From the NCBI GenBank assembly GCA_965219415.1, contig CBDCNP010000002.1, forward strand, positions 1,536,001 to 1,600,000: a stretch of 64,000 nucleotides of DNA, in the 5' to 3' direction. Positions 30,687 to 40,258 of the stretch are shown here, piece by piece (the stretch's first letter is position 1; the number at the start of each line of letters is the position of its first letter). The stretch comes from Candidatus Marinacidobacterales bacterium (GTDB lineage Bacteria; Acidobacteriota; Vicinamibacteria; Marinacidobacterales; DATDRI01). The position numbers and the translations under genes were made by a program. The notes under the pieces are model-generated. The model was not told where the DNA came from and did no database searches. It was given only the letters and a program-made list of their open reading frames with translations.

Positions 30687-31181
30687 ATGACTACCCTTTT
30701 CGGTTTTAAACATACCGGCTTGCAAAAGAAACAAACACTCCTTTCACTCATCGGTGTTTTGGCTCTATTGGCCTCGGCCTGCAGCGGTCTCGATATTCTC
30801 CAGTCCGTCGTGAACCCTGACGATGGCAGTGGCACTCAACCCGATCTTCGACTGGCTCGCGTAACGTCGGACAACGACGCGCCGGGGGTATTTTGCGGTG
30901 TAGGGCCAACGGTCGTCGTAGCGGTTGAGAATCGCGGCCAAGAGAGAGCCGGCGCTTCGGTAACTATGCTCGTTTTCGTTCCCGGCGGTTCGTTCGACGT
31001 GCAGATCCCCGAGATCGAAGCCGACAGCTCGATCCAACTCTCGCCGATCGCGGTTCCCAGGGGGTGTTTCAATCCGGACTGTGATTTCACAATCCTCGCC
31101 GATTCTCGCTTCCAAGTGGAAGAATCGGACGAAGGCAATAACCGCGCCGACGGGAATTGTCCCGCTTCGGTCGCCCCCTAG
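30687..31181 (+). CDS. Lipoprotein with CARDB-like Ig domain
   Basis: Lipobox ASAC; PDL..., VENRG...AGAS, ADS...VEESDEGNN. Confidence 0.7.
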   Translation: MTTLFGFKHTGLQKKQTLLSLIGVLALLASACSGLDILQSVVNPDDGSGTQPDLRLARVTSDNDAPGVFCGVGPTVVVAVENRGQERAGASVTMLVFVPGGSFDVQIPEIEADSSIQLSPIAVPRGCFNPDCDFTILADSRFQVEESDEGNNRADGNCPASVAP

Positions 31182-31227
31182 CCGGCGTCTCTTCGCCTTC
31201 GCCAGGGGCTCCGGCGATTGGCCGCCC

Positions 31228-32866
31228 CTAGTTGATGTAGCCGAGGCTTCGCAGCCGGTCCCGATATTCGTCTTGGTCTCTCGGCGGGACCTCGAATTCG
31301 AGCGGCTCGGGATTGAAGAATTCTCCGTAGGAAGCGGTTCGAATCTCGGGATGACTCTTCAAGTAGGCGCGCTCGAAGAATCGGTATCGAACGGAACCAT
31401 CGAGCTCCTCTGAGATCGGCAGACCCTGCATGTAGAGCAGGGTCGGAAGAACGTCCTCCACACCGACAACGCCGTGAACGAAATTGTAAGCCGACCCACG
31501 GAGCGTCAATTGATTTCCCCCTTTCCGAACACCGGGGCCCTTGATGATGAGAACACCGTAACCGCTGTGGTCGGCGGGAGCGTTTCCATTCGGCGTCGTT
31601 CGGAAACCGTGATCGGAGCAGATCACGACAGTCACTTCATCCCCGGCCACGTCCAGGAGCTCACCGATATACGAGTCCACGACCGCGTAGTACCGGTCGA
31701 CGACGCGTCGATGTAGATCGAACCCCTCGGGCAGAAATACCGGAACCTTCCGGTCCGGATAGGCCATGTATTGCCAGAACTTATGGCCGGCGCCATCCAC
31801 CCCCTCGAAGTAAGTGGCGTAGAGCGAAAGGTCCTCGTTGCGCAGCAAGTGCTCGGTGATTCGTTGATAGAGCCGATCCTGCCACAAGACTGCATAGAAG
31901 TGATCCTTGTCGCGCCCCTTGAGAAACGCGTGTTTTTCCAAAGGGAAGACATTTTCGTTAACGAACGCCTCCGTTTCCTCCGGGAGGCCGATCTCGTTCA
32001 AGATCGTGTCGACATAGCCTTCGGGATAAGTAAGCCGTTCGCGTTTCGTGAACCAGACAGCCGTCGTTGAGATCGGAGCTCCCCGAGCGGCGACGCCCGC
32101 GCAGGCCGATGTTCGAAGACACTACAAAACCTTGAACGTCCTCGGCCGGCCACGACGCCCACCAGCCGACCACTCCAACCGACTTGCCGTAGTTGCTGTA
32201 GATGTTCCAAAAGGCGGGAGCACGTCGGTGCTGCGAGTTCGCCATCACCCCAAGCTTCTTCGTTCTTGGCGGGCGCTTGGTTCTTGGAACTTTGCCCACG
32301 ACTCGCGGAAGCTGAAAGTCGAGGATGCCGTGCCGTTCGGGGTATACGCCGGTCGCGATCGTGGTCCAGACTACCGGCGACCAGAACCCCCATTGCTCCA
32401 CGTCTGCCCTATAAGTCTTGTAGGAGTGAAGCACCCCGTAGGCTCCTTCATCCATGAGCCGCTCGATGTTGGGAAGCATGCCGCGGCGTACGAGGGGCAG
32501 CACACGATTCCAAGTCATCGCGTCGACGCCGATCAACAACACCTTGCGGTTGTTCTCGACGGCTGCCGTGAGCCCGCCCAGCTCCACCGAGTCAGGCTTC
32601 GTCGGATGAAGGTAGATCAGGAGGTAGATCACGACGGCCAGGAAAATGGCCAGAGTGATCCAAACGCCGCCACGGGACAGCTTGCTGCCGACGAAGAATG
32701 TAGAGATTACCAGGCCCAAGGCGGCGAGCAGTTCCAGAGGACTGCTTAAGTAGAAAACCCGCTCATTCAGCTCGATGCCGATCGCGCCAAAAACCCAAAT
32801 GAAGACGGCGGTCCCCACCAGGGCTACCGCTAACGCCAATAAGATCGCCCACGCTAGCTTTCTCAC
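31228..32866 (-). CDS. Membrane-anchored alkaline phosphatase superfamily protein (type I phosphodiesterase-like); frameshift near 32050
   Basis: VLLIGVDAMTW, SPVVWTTIATG, GWWASWPAE, DGAGH, SDHGF, C-terminal RLRSLGYI; start GTG at 32866. Confidence 0.8.
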
Positions 32867-32892
32867 GGCAGTCAACCTATCACACGGGAGGA

Positions 32893-34098
32893 TCAGTGTT
32901 CGCCTGGCGTCCCGGTTAAACGGAAGAGCAGAAAAGCGGTCCGCTGATGTTCGAGGAAGTTGTTGTCGCTTGCAACGAGAAGGCTTTGGCCCCCATCGGC
33001 AAGCGTCGGCCCGAGCGCCATCCCCTCGAAATTGTCCAGGCTTTGATAGGGTGGCGTGAGGTGCGGGACGATGGTATCTAGATCGAGTAACAACGTCTTG
33101 GTCACCGGGATCCAGTCCGAGCCGTCTTCGAGGGATTCTAGGCCGCTTACATCCGTGGCGCGGTCTAGAGAAACGGAAAATATCTCGACGCGGTTCGTCC
33201 ACTTGCCACCGTCTTCGATGTAACTTCGCTCGAGAGACAAGAGTTGGCCGGAGCCCAACGCGACGAGCTCCGTAAGGCCACGTTCCACATTCGGGCTGAC
33301 GAACCCCTCGGGCCGCTCCGTCGGCTCCACGATGTAAACATACTCCCGCGGTTCCTGGTCGTCTTGTCCTAGGACGATCTCGAGGATTCGAGAGTGCCCG
33401 GCCGTCTCGAAGTCTGCGGGTTCGCCATCCTGAAGGAGCGGAGACTCGGTGCCAAGATAGAGCCGTCGGCCGTCGGGGGCACCGGCCAGTGCCTCGAAAC
33501 CGCGATTGTGGCGGGAGCCTTTGCGGGTAGAACCGTCCTCCACTAGAAACTTCTGTGGAATCGGATAGGACCTCACCCATTGCCCATCGCGGTCGAGTTC
33601 GAAGAGCTCCGGCTCCACAATCGGCTGCTTCCGCACGTTCCCCTCCGTCGAGACGAAAAGGGTGCCGTCCGGCGAGACGACGAGACCTTCCGGATCGAAA
33701 TAGGTGTGTTCGCCGAGCCGCAACAGCAGTTTAGGAATCACCTCCATCGGACGCGACTCCAAGTTGATGTCCAGCTCATAGAGATGACGAAAATCGGAGA
33801 GAGCCAGCCAGCGATTCTGCTCACCGGAATAGGTGAGGGCCGAGATCCCGCCGAACTCCAGGCCTTCGTACTCTGTGCCGGTGGGAATGTTGAAATCCGT
33901 TACGAACGAAAGCCTGAGAGGCTCCGCGATTGGGCGAGCCTCGTCCTCTCTCTTTGCTTCGGGGGTAGAGCAACTACCGCCCACCGTGGCGAGAACGAGC
34001 GGGATAAGCGTTAGTGGTTCAGTACAAGTCCTTCTCGTAATCTTCCTCCACTCGCCGTTCCACTTCCTCGACGGGCGTTTCGCGCATGCGCTGGCCAT
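32893..34098 (-). CDS. Phytase-like esterase family protein (beta-propeller); true start probably near 34010-34040
   Basis: FGGISAL, ALSD, DPEGL, NRGFEAL, LSLERSY, DNFEGMALGP, SDNNF. Confidence 0.82.
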   Translation of the reverse strand: MASACAKRPSRKWNGEWRKITRRTCTEPLTLIPLVLATVGGSCSTPEAKREDEARPIAEPLRLSFVTDFNIPTGTEYEGLEFGGISALTYSGEQNRWLALSDFRHLYELDINLESRPMEVIPKLLLRLGEHTYFDPEGLVVSPDGTLFVSTEGNVRKQPIVEPELFELDRDGQWVRSYPIPQKFLVEDGSTRKGSRHNRGFEALAGAPDGRRLYLGTESPLLQDGEPADFETAGHSRILEIVLGQDDQEPREYVYIVEPTERPEGFVSPNVERGLTELVALGSGQLLSLERSYIEDGGKWTNRVEIFSVSLDRATDVSGLESLEDGSDWIPVTKTLLLDLDTIVPHLTPPYQSLDNFEGMALGPTLADGGQSLLVASDNNFLEHQRTAFLLFRLTGTPGEH

Positions 34099-34648
34099 GA
34101 ATGATCTGGCCCAGCGTCGGGAAATCCTTGCGGTCGATCTGAGAGCTCGGGTCCCATAGGTGCGACCGTTTCAGCGCCTTGGCACAATGGAAGAAGACCG
34201 ACTCGAGCTCAACCTTGATGCCGAGCTTGGGGGTGTGGCCGCGGACCGTCATCCGCGAGAGGATGCCTTCCTCGTCGACGATGGTGGCGCGGCCGTTGAG
34301 ACGCAGCGTCTCCTCCACTCCGGGTACAAAGAAAATGATGCCGACCGAGGGATTCTCGACAATGTTCTCCATCGAATCCACGCGTCGATTGCCCGGCCGA
34401 TCGGGGATCAAGATCGTGCGATCGTCGAGCACCGTCACGAAACCCGGCGGATCGCCTCGCGGGCTCACGTCGGCCTTCCCGTCACCGCTCATCGTGCCCA
34501 AACACAGAAAGGGCGAAAGCGAAATGAAGTGCTTGCAATGCCGGTCGAGGCCAGGCATGTCTTTCGTCGCCGCGATGGGGTGCGGCTTCCCCACCGCGCT
34601 CCTCAATGCCGACTGATCGACGATCGTCTTACTAGGCGTGTCCGTCAT
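34019..34648 (-). CDS. Pyridoxamine 5'-phosphate oxidase-like FMN-binding protein (MSMEG_1061 type)
   Basis: DVSPRGDPPGFV, IPDRPGNRRVDS, ETLRLNG, FFHCAKAL.RS.LW. Confidence 0.9.
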   Translation of the reverse strand: MTDTPSKTIVDQSALRSAVGKPHPIAATKDMPGLDRHCKHFISLSPFLCLGTMSGDGKADVSPRGDPPGFVTVLDDRTILIPDRPGNRRVDSMENIVENPSVGIIFFVPGVEETLRLNGRATIVDEEGILSRMTVRGHTPKLGIKVELESVFFHCAKALKRSHLWDPSSQIDRKDFPTLGQIIHGQRMRETPVEEVERRVEEDYEKDLY

Positions 34649-34660
34649 GGCAATCTCCGT

Positions 34661-35155
34661 TTATTGAGAACAAGGGCCGACAGCGTTATCTTGCGTCAAG
34701 ATAACACGGCCTACCTGCCGATGACAGAAGTTAGGGTTCGAGCTTCGCCGGCAACGAGACCATAGGACAAGCCCGAGGCCACCAATGCCAAACAAGGCGA
34801 GCGTCGAGGGCTCGGGAACTCTTGTCGTTGCGCGGTTGTGCCGATCATATGAAGTCCGGGACGCGTTGGAGAATGAGAACTCTGTGATGTTCCAGGACGA
34901 GTCAAAGGCGAAGCTCGTTCCGCCGAGCGCGGCCGTCCAGAATCCAATCATGTCTTGGTAGTACAACCCCTGCCAGGGGTCGGGGAGAAAATTGTTGATG
35001 GACGACTCGTTGATGGCGAAGTCGAGCTGGACGTTTCCACCCGGTAGGGTCGTGAAGAACACCGAATCGTGGAATCCGTCGATGAAGGTTCCGGGCGTAT
35101 CCCAACTGTCCTCGCCCTGCCCGTCGTCGTAGACGTAAGGGAGTGTCCCTACATG
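34661..35155 (-). pseudogene. C-terminal fragment of a PEP-CTERM sorting-domain protein
   Basis: VPEPSTLALFGIGGLGLVLWSRCRR; no signal peptide or credible start between it and the M24 stop codon at 35160. Confidence 0.7.
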
Positions 35156-35159
35156 CGGC

Positions 35160-36317
35160 CTATAGTACGGTCTCCGTGCCGTCGTAAAACCGCATCGGCA
35201 CACCCGACAGCCGCTCCCCCTTATCCTTCCCGACGCGATAGGTATCCTGCATATAAAAACAGTGTTTGCGATCTTCGGTCATGACATGCGGGTGCATCGA
35301 AACAACCATGTTCTCCGGTAGCGAGAATTCCGACCCCTCGCCGATGCGCGGGGCTTCGATCATCGTCATCCCGATCGAATGTCCCGAAACATGGCCAAAG
35401 CGCAGGCCGAGCTTGGTAAAGGGTTTCACTGTTTCGGTGTGAACGTGCTCGGCTGTTGCGCCCTCCTTGAGGTGCGTCAACAGGAGCTCATCGTACTCCT
35501 GATAGGCTTCCAGCAGACGTTTGGTCATGTCGTCGAGCCCCTTGGGCGCGATCACGCGAGAAAACTCGACCCAGTGGCCGCCTTGTCCTGCCCCCTCCAG
35601 ACCATAGAGGAGGCCATCGCTATCCTGGACTTTGCGTTGCGGGTCGGCAAAGACCATCTGCGGATGGATCGAGCCGTTGGGGCCGGTGAGAACCATGTTC
35701 ATGGTCGATCGCGCCGTCCCTCGTTGCGCGAAGGCATGCTCGGCCACCGCCATCAGCTCGGCCTCGCTCTTGCCAGGCTGGTAGGCCTTGATGACGGCCA
35801 GGACCGCGCCCTTGTTGATATCCATCGAGTTGCGTACGGATTTGATCTCCTCTTCGCTCTTCTGCGCACGGGCAAAGTCGAACGGCTCGTCGAAGTCGAC
35901 GACCTCGAGTCCGGTGTCGACCAACGCACGGTAGTCGCGCACGTTCATGATGTAGTTGTAGCCGAAGACGCCCACGTGCTTGATGCCTTTTCCCTTTAGA
36001 TGGTCCGCCATCCATTGCCCGCAGATGGCCGGAAACTCCCGGCTGTCCAAAAACGTTTTGGAGTGATCCCCCACCCAGGTGGCTTCCCGCGGAAACACAC
36101 AGATGGGCTCGCCTTCGATGGGAACCAGCACATACGCGTATCGGTGGAGAATGTGGAAACCGCACATGTATTGAACCCCGCCTTCGAAACCGGTGTACTC
36201 GCTTCCGCTCACGATCAGGGCTTCGAGGTCGGCGGCCTTCATCGCCGCACGGACATTCTTGTAGCGGCGATCTATCTCTGCCTGGCTCGGCCGAAACGGG
36301 TTGCTCCTGTCGGTCAT
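35160..36317 (-). CDS. M24 (Xaa-Pro peptidase / creatinase fold) family protein with non-canonical metal ligands
   Basis: Creatinase-like N-domain (EIDRRYKNVRAAM...DLEALIV), RAQKSEEEI, GHSIG; ligand positions read E, E, H, H, Q. Confidence 0.8.
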   Translation of the reverse strand: MTDRSNPFRPSQAEIDRRYKNVRAAMKAADLEALIVSGSEYTGFEGGVQYMCGFHILHRYAYVLVPIEGEPICVFPREATWVGDHSKTFLDSREFPAICGQWMADHLKGKGIKHVGVFGYNYIMNVRDYRALVDTGLEVVDFDEPFDFARAQKSEEEIKSVRNSMDINKGAVLAVIKAYQPGKSEAELMAVAEHAFAQRGTARSTMNMVLTGPNGSIHPQMVFADPQRKVQDSDGLLYGLEGAGQGGHWVEFSRVIAPKGLDDMTKRLLEAYQEYDELLLTHLKEGATAEHVHTETVKPFTKLGLRFGHVSGHSIGMTMIEAPRIGEGSEFSLPENMVVSMHPHVMTEDRKHCFYMQDTYRVGKDKGERLSGVPMRFYDGTETVL

Positions 36318-37246
36318 TTAGTCTCTCCTTCGTCGCGTGTCCATGATTCCTCGAGCCCAAGAATGAGTGCCCTTATCGCTTCGTTGAGTGGGGTCGGAAC
36401 GCCGGTCTCGCGTCCAAACTTGACGATCCCGCCGTTCATGGCTTCGACCTCGGTCTTGCGCCGTCCGAGAACGTCCTGAAACATGCTCGCCTTGTGATCG
36501 TAGGCCGCCTCACGCGCGTGATCGATGAGCTTCTCCGGGTCGCTGTCCAAAGTAATACCGAGCTTGTCGGCGACCGCCACCGCCTCGTTGACCAGTCCGG
36601 TCACCAGGGCGCGCACGTCTTTCTGGTCGCAGACTTGGCCGTGAGTCAGTTGCGTCAGCGCGCCGATAGGGTTGGTCGACGCGTTGAAGACCAGCTTGGT
36701 CCATTGAGCGCCCCGGGCATCCTTCATGGCGAGGGTATCCATGCCGGATCGCGTGAGCGCTTCGGCGAGTAGCTCCACCTCGTCGATGGTCGCCGGTTTG
36801 GGCTCGAAGGGTCCGATCCAAGTCTGGCCGACCGCGTCTTGCTGTATGTGTCCCGGCTCTACGATGTGACCGGCTGGGAACGTGGTTCCGCGTATGACGC
36901 GAGGTGCGTACTCGGCGATGATCTCTTCGCTGCCGACGCCGTTTTGAACCGAAGCGACCGCACCGTCTTTGAAGATGCTGGCGGTGGCCTCGATGGCGGA
37001 TCGGGTGTGGTACGACTTGGTGGCGACGATGCCGTAATCACACGCGGGTATCTTGGAGGCGTCATTGCTCGCTTGGAGTTTCGACGTGAAATCGGCGAGC
37101 CCCGATAGGCGCAGCCCGGCCGTATTGATCGCATTGCAATGGCGTTCGTCCAGGTCATAGGCCCAGACCTCGACGTCATCGAGCCGTGCCAGATGAGCGG
37201 CGAATAAACTTCCCACCGCGCCACATCCAACCACACATACTTTCAT
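36314..37246 (-). CDS. Ketopantoate reductase (PanE/ApbA) family protein, paralogue 2
   Basis: GCGAVG, ATKS, QNGVG, WTKLVFN, KASMFQD, TEVEAMNG. Confidence 0.9.
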   Translation of the reverse strand: MKVCVVGCGAVGSLFAAHLARLDDVEVWAYDLDERHCNAINTAGLRLSGLADFTSKLQASNDASKIPACDYGIVATKSYHTRSAIEATASIFKDGAVASVQNGVGSEEIIAEYAPRVIRGTTFPAGHIVEPGHIQQDAVGQTWIGPFEPKPATIDEVELLAEALTRSGMDTLAMKDARGAQWTKLVFNASTNPIGALTQLTHGQVCDQKDVRALVTGLVNEAVAVADKLGITLDSDPEKLIDHAREAAYDHKASMFQDVLGRRKTEVEAMNGGIVKFGRETGVPTPLNEAIRALILGLEESWTRDEGETK

Positions 37247-37261
37247 TTACGTTCTCCCTCG

Positions 37262-38239
37262 TTATTCCTGTCGACCAGCTAGTTTCGGCGCGGCCCAACC
37301 CATCTCGACCGCTTTGACGAGCCGGTACAAGGTCTCGTGGATCGGCACCGGAATCCCTGCCTTGTTGCCGGCTCGGACGATCGCACCGGTGATCCAATCG
37401 ATCTCCGTGTTGCGGCGGGCGCGTACGTCGCTGAGCATCGAGGGCACGTGGGCGTAATCATCCCCCCCGGTTTGCCCCTGACCGACGGCTTGAACATTCA
37501 TCTCCCATGGATCTTCAAATAGTGTGACGCCGCTCGCCTTGGCGACCTCTTTGCCCTCGTTCATCATCGCAAACACGAGATGCCCCAAGTCGGTCGGCCT
37601 GACTTGCACGGCAAACGGTTTCACATGCCCTAGATCCGTCAACGCCGAGATACTGTTGACCACCGAGTTGAAGATCAGCTTGGACCATTGGGCTGGAAGC
37701 AGATCCGGAAACGCTTCCGCGATCAGGCCGGAATCGTTGATGAGTGCGGCGACCTTCTTCGCCTGCTCGTAGGTTGCGCTACCCTGCGCCCAGGGCCCCA
37801 TCCACGTAGCCGTGTCGAGCTCGTACTCCACGTGGGTATCGGAGTGACGCGTTCCGCTCATGAAAGTCACCGAAGACAGTATCGGCCAGTCGCCATTAGC
37901 GGCTACCAGATCCTCGAATCCCAGGCCGTTCTGCACCGTCATGACAATGGCGTGCGGGAAATGCCCCGACACTTGTTTCGCGCACTCCTCCACCCCACTC
38001 GCTTTGGCAGCGAGGATGACCAGGTCCGGGTCGCCGAGCTCTGCCGGATCGGTCGAGGCCTTCACCATGGCCTTGAGCTCGCTCTTTCCGCTAATGCGGA
38101 GCCCTTCGGACTTCAGCGCGTCGGCATGCGACTTTCGACGCGCGAGGACCGTTACCTCGACAATGGAAGCGAGATGCCCGGCGAAGAGGCTGCCGATGGC
38201 CCCGGCCCCGACGATGCATACCCGTTTGATGTCTTCCAT
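37262..38239 (-). CDS. Ketopantoate reductase (PanE/ApbA) family protein, paralogue 1
   Basis: GAGAIG, QNGLG, WSKLIFN, PSMLSD, TEIDWITG. Confidence 0.9.
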   Translation of the reverse strand: MEDIKRVCIVGAGAIGSLFAGHLASIVEVTVLARRKSHADALKSEGLRISGKSELKAMVKASTDPAELGDPDLVILAAKASGVEECAKQVSGHFPHAIVMTVQNGLGFEDLVAANGDWPILSSVTFMSGTRHSDTHVEYELDTATWMGPWAQGSATYEQAKKVAALINDSGLIAEAFPDLLPAQWSKLIFNSVVNSISALTDLGHVKPFAVQVRPTDLGHLVFAMMNEGKEVAKASGVTLFEDPWEMNVQAVGQGQTGGDDYAHVPSMLSDVRARRNTEIDWITGAIVRAGNKAGIPVPIHETLYRLVKAVEMGWAAPKLAGRQE

Positions 38240-38305
38240 TTCTTCTGCGCCTTATGTGAAAACCGAACGCCGAAAAATAACACACCCGAGCAACCGAGGG
38301 AAAGC

Positions 38306-38315
38306 TTGTATACAT
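38306..38315. promoter_or_regulatory. Putative GntR-type operator TTGTATACAT
   Basis: Near-perfect palindrome upstream of the panE-panE-M24 operon; a perfect copy lies at 52962. Confidence 0.4.
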
Positions 38316-38321
38316 AGACGC

Positions 38322-38395
38322 GGGGTCAGACCCCCGTATTATTCCTTTACATTGGATCGGACCCGTGTCCCATTTGGAGATCTGACCCCGGTCCC
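38322..38395. repeat. Dispersed intergenic repeat, copy 2, bounded by inverted GGGGTCAGA / TCTGACCCC
   Basis: GGGGTCAGACCCC at 38322 and TCTGACCCCG at 38381; its 3' 42 nt match 28621-28662. Confidence 0.65.
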
Positions 38396-38415
38396 TTAAA
38401 CTGCCCCCCACTGGC

Positions 38416-39744
38416 ATGTCATGGTACCGAAAGCTCCACTGGCAAATAATCCTTGGTCTTTTTTTGGGAGTCGTCTACGGTATCGCCGCCGCCGCGGCCG
38501 GCTGGGGCGAGTTCACTGCGGACTGGATCCAGCCATTCGGCACGATCTTCATCAATAGTCTCCAGCTCATCGCCGTTCCGCTGGTTATCGCGTCCCTCGT
38601 CACCGGGGTGGCCTCGCTGAGTGATCTCAAGAAGCTCTCACGAATCGGCGGCAAAACCATCTTCATCTATGTGGCGACGACTGCAATCTCCGTGACCATC
38701 GGTCTTCTAATCGTCAACACCCTCCGACCGGGCGATCGGGTGCCGGAGGAGGTGCAATCTCGGCTTCAAGGTGCGTTTGCGACCGACGTTTCGGCGGGCG
38801 AGGCAGCAGCGGACGAAGCCAAGAAAAGAGGCCCCCTCCAGATTTTCGTCGACATGGTACCGGCGAACTTCTTCGGCGCGGCCTCCAGCAACCGCAACAT
38901 GCTCCAAGTCGTCTTCGTCTCGCTTTTTCTCGGAGTCGGCCTCATCCAAGTCCCGTCGAAAACGGCGAAACCGTTGCTAGCGGTGTTCGAAGGTTTGAGC
39001 GCGGTGATCATACGCCTCGTCGACATCATCATGTTGATCGCTCCGCTCGGAGTCTTTTCACTCATCGCGAGCACGATTACAAGCGTCGCGGGGGACAATT
39101 TGAGCGGCGTCGTCGAGCTCCTTGGTGCCCTCGGTTTTTACGGGTTTACCGTGATCGCCGGTCTCGCCATCCAAATGGGAGTGACTTACGTTGTCCTCCT
39201 GAAGCTTTTCACGCCTATGAAGATCCGGACGTTCTTCGCCGGCATCGCACCCGCACAGCTCGTGGCCTTTTCCACAAGCTCGAGCGGGGCGACGATACCG
39301 GTCACGATGGAACGTTGCGAGGAAAAGCTCGGGGTCTCGGAAGAAGTCTCCTCGTTCGTCATACCGCTTGGGGCGACGATCAATATGGACGGGACCGCAC
39401 TCTACCAGGCGGTGGCAGCAGTGTTCATCGCCCAAACACTGGGGATGGGACTCGACCTCGGCCAACAGCTGACGATCGTGCTGACCGCGGTGCTCGCCTC
39501 CATCGGAACCGCTGCCGTCCCGGGAGCGGGCATCATCATGTTGGTGATCATCCTCGAGGCGATCGGCGTGCCGATCGCCGGTATCGCGTTGATCCTGGGA
39601 ATCGATCGAATCCTAGACATGCTCCGCACCGCCACCAACGTCACCGGAGATTGTGCGGTCGCCACCATCGTGGCCGCGTCCGAGGGTCAGCTAGGAAAGG
39701 CGGACCTAAGCGAGAAGGAAGACCGCATCCGCGTCCGCGCCTAG
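38416..39744 (+). CDS. Dicarboxylate/amino acid:cation symporter (GltP/DAACS family)
   Basis: AFSTSSSGAT, PLGATINMDGTALYQ, ASIGTAAVPGAG, DRILDMLRTATNVTGD. Confidence 0.95.
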   Translation: MSWYRKLHWQIILGLFLGVVYGIAAAAAGWGEFTADWIQPFGTIFINSLQLIAVPLVIASLVTGVASLSDLKKLSRIGGKTIFIYVATTAISVTIGLLIVNTLRPGDRVPEEVQSRLQGAFATDVSAGEAAADEAKKRGPLQIFVDMVPANFFGAASSNRNMLQVVFVSLFLGVGLIQVPSKTAKPLLAVFEGLSAVIIRLVDIIMLIAPLGVFSLIASTITSVAGDNLSGVVELLGALGFYGFTVIAGLAIQMGVTYVVLLKLFTPMKIRTFFAGIAPAQLVAFSTSSSGATIPVTMERCEEKLGVSEEVSSFVIPLGATINMDGTALYQAVAAVFIAQTLGMGLDLGQQLTIVLTAVLASIGTAAVPGAGIIMLVIILEAIGVPIAGIALILGIDRILDMLRTATNVTGDCAVATIVAASEGQLGKADLSEKEDRIRVRA

Positions 39745-39783
39745 GGCACCATCCTCTCTCCCTCGTTCTTTGGAACTCCAGAC

Positions 39784-39823
39784 TTGACACCGGAAATAGA
39801 TTTATTTATCGTATTTATACGAT
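39784..39823 (+). promoter_or_regulatory. sigma70 promoter with overlapping palindromic ArsR-type operator
   Basis: TTGACA (39784)-17 nt-TATCGT (39807); palindrome ATCGTA-ttta-TACGAT at 39808-39823 overlaps the -10 box and the arsR start codon. Confidence 0.75.
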
Positions 39824-40166
39824 GATTCATCGTGGACAGAAAGCACGCAAAAAACCGGCCGTTCCGAGCCAGTGCTGCACACTCGAAATCCGCGGGAGGC
39901 AGCAGGACGACCTGGTCCGGATGTTCAAGGCGCTCGGCAATCCGGTGCGGTTCGGGATCATGAAATTCCTTCTAACCCATCCGGGATGCATCACCGGTGA
40001 CATCGTCGACGAGGTCGGGCTCGCCCAATCGACGGTATCCCAACACTTGAAGGTCCTGAGGGATGCCGGGTGGATCCACGGCACCATCGACGGGCCGGCG
40101 ACCAACTACTGCCTGAACCCGGATCGCATCTCCTGGTTCCGAAAGAAAGTGGAGGAAGTGTTCTAG
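39822..40166 (+). CDS. ArsR/SmtB family metalloregulator
   Basis: 114 aa; FKALGNPVR, LAQSTVSQHLKVLRDAG; Cys18-Cys19, Cys56 and a C-terminal Cys. Confidence 0.92.
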   Translation: MIHRGQKARKKPAVPSQCCTLEIRGRQQDDLVRMFKALGNPVRFGIMKFLLTHPGCITGDIVDEVGLAQSTVSQHLKVLRDAGWIHGTIDGPATNYCLNPDRISWFRKKVEEVF

Positions 40167-40174
40167 AGGTTTTT

Positions 40175-40202
40175 TTGCCGATTAGCATCGTAAAAATACG
40201 AT
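40175..40202 (+). promoter_or_regulatory. Second promoter/operator upstream of the selenoprotein gene
   Basis: TTGCCG-16 nt-TACGAT; palindrome ATCGTA-aaaa-TACGAT at 40187-40202 has the same arms as the copy at 39808. Confidence 0.7.
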
Positions 40203-40258
40203 TAGGGTTAACAAAGGAAGACGCATTGGAAACGCTGAGATTCGAATGAGGTGATGAG

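Noticed and set aside
39315-39821. N-terminal extension of ArsR in the 283-aa ORF
   Set aside because: It overlaps gltP out of frame; the promoter and operator place the real start at 39822.
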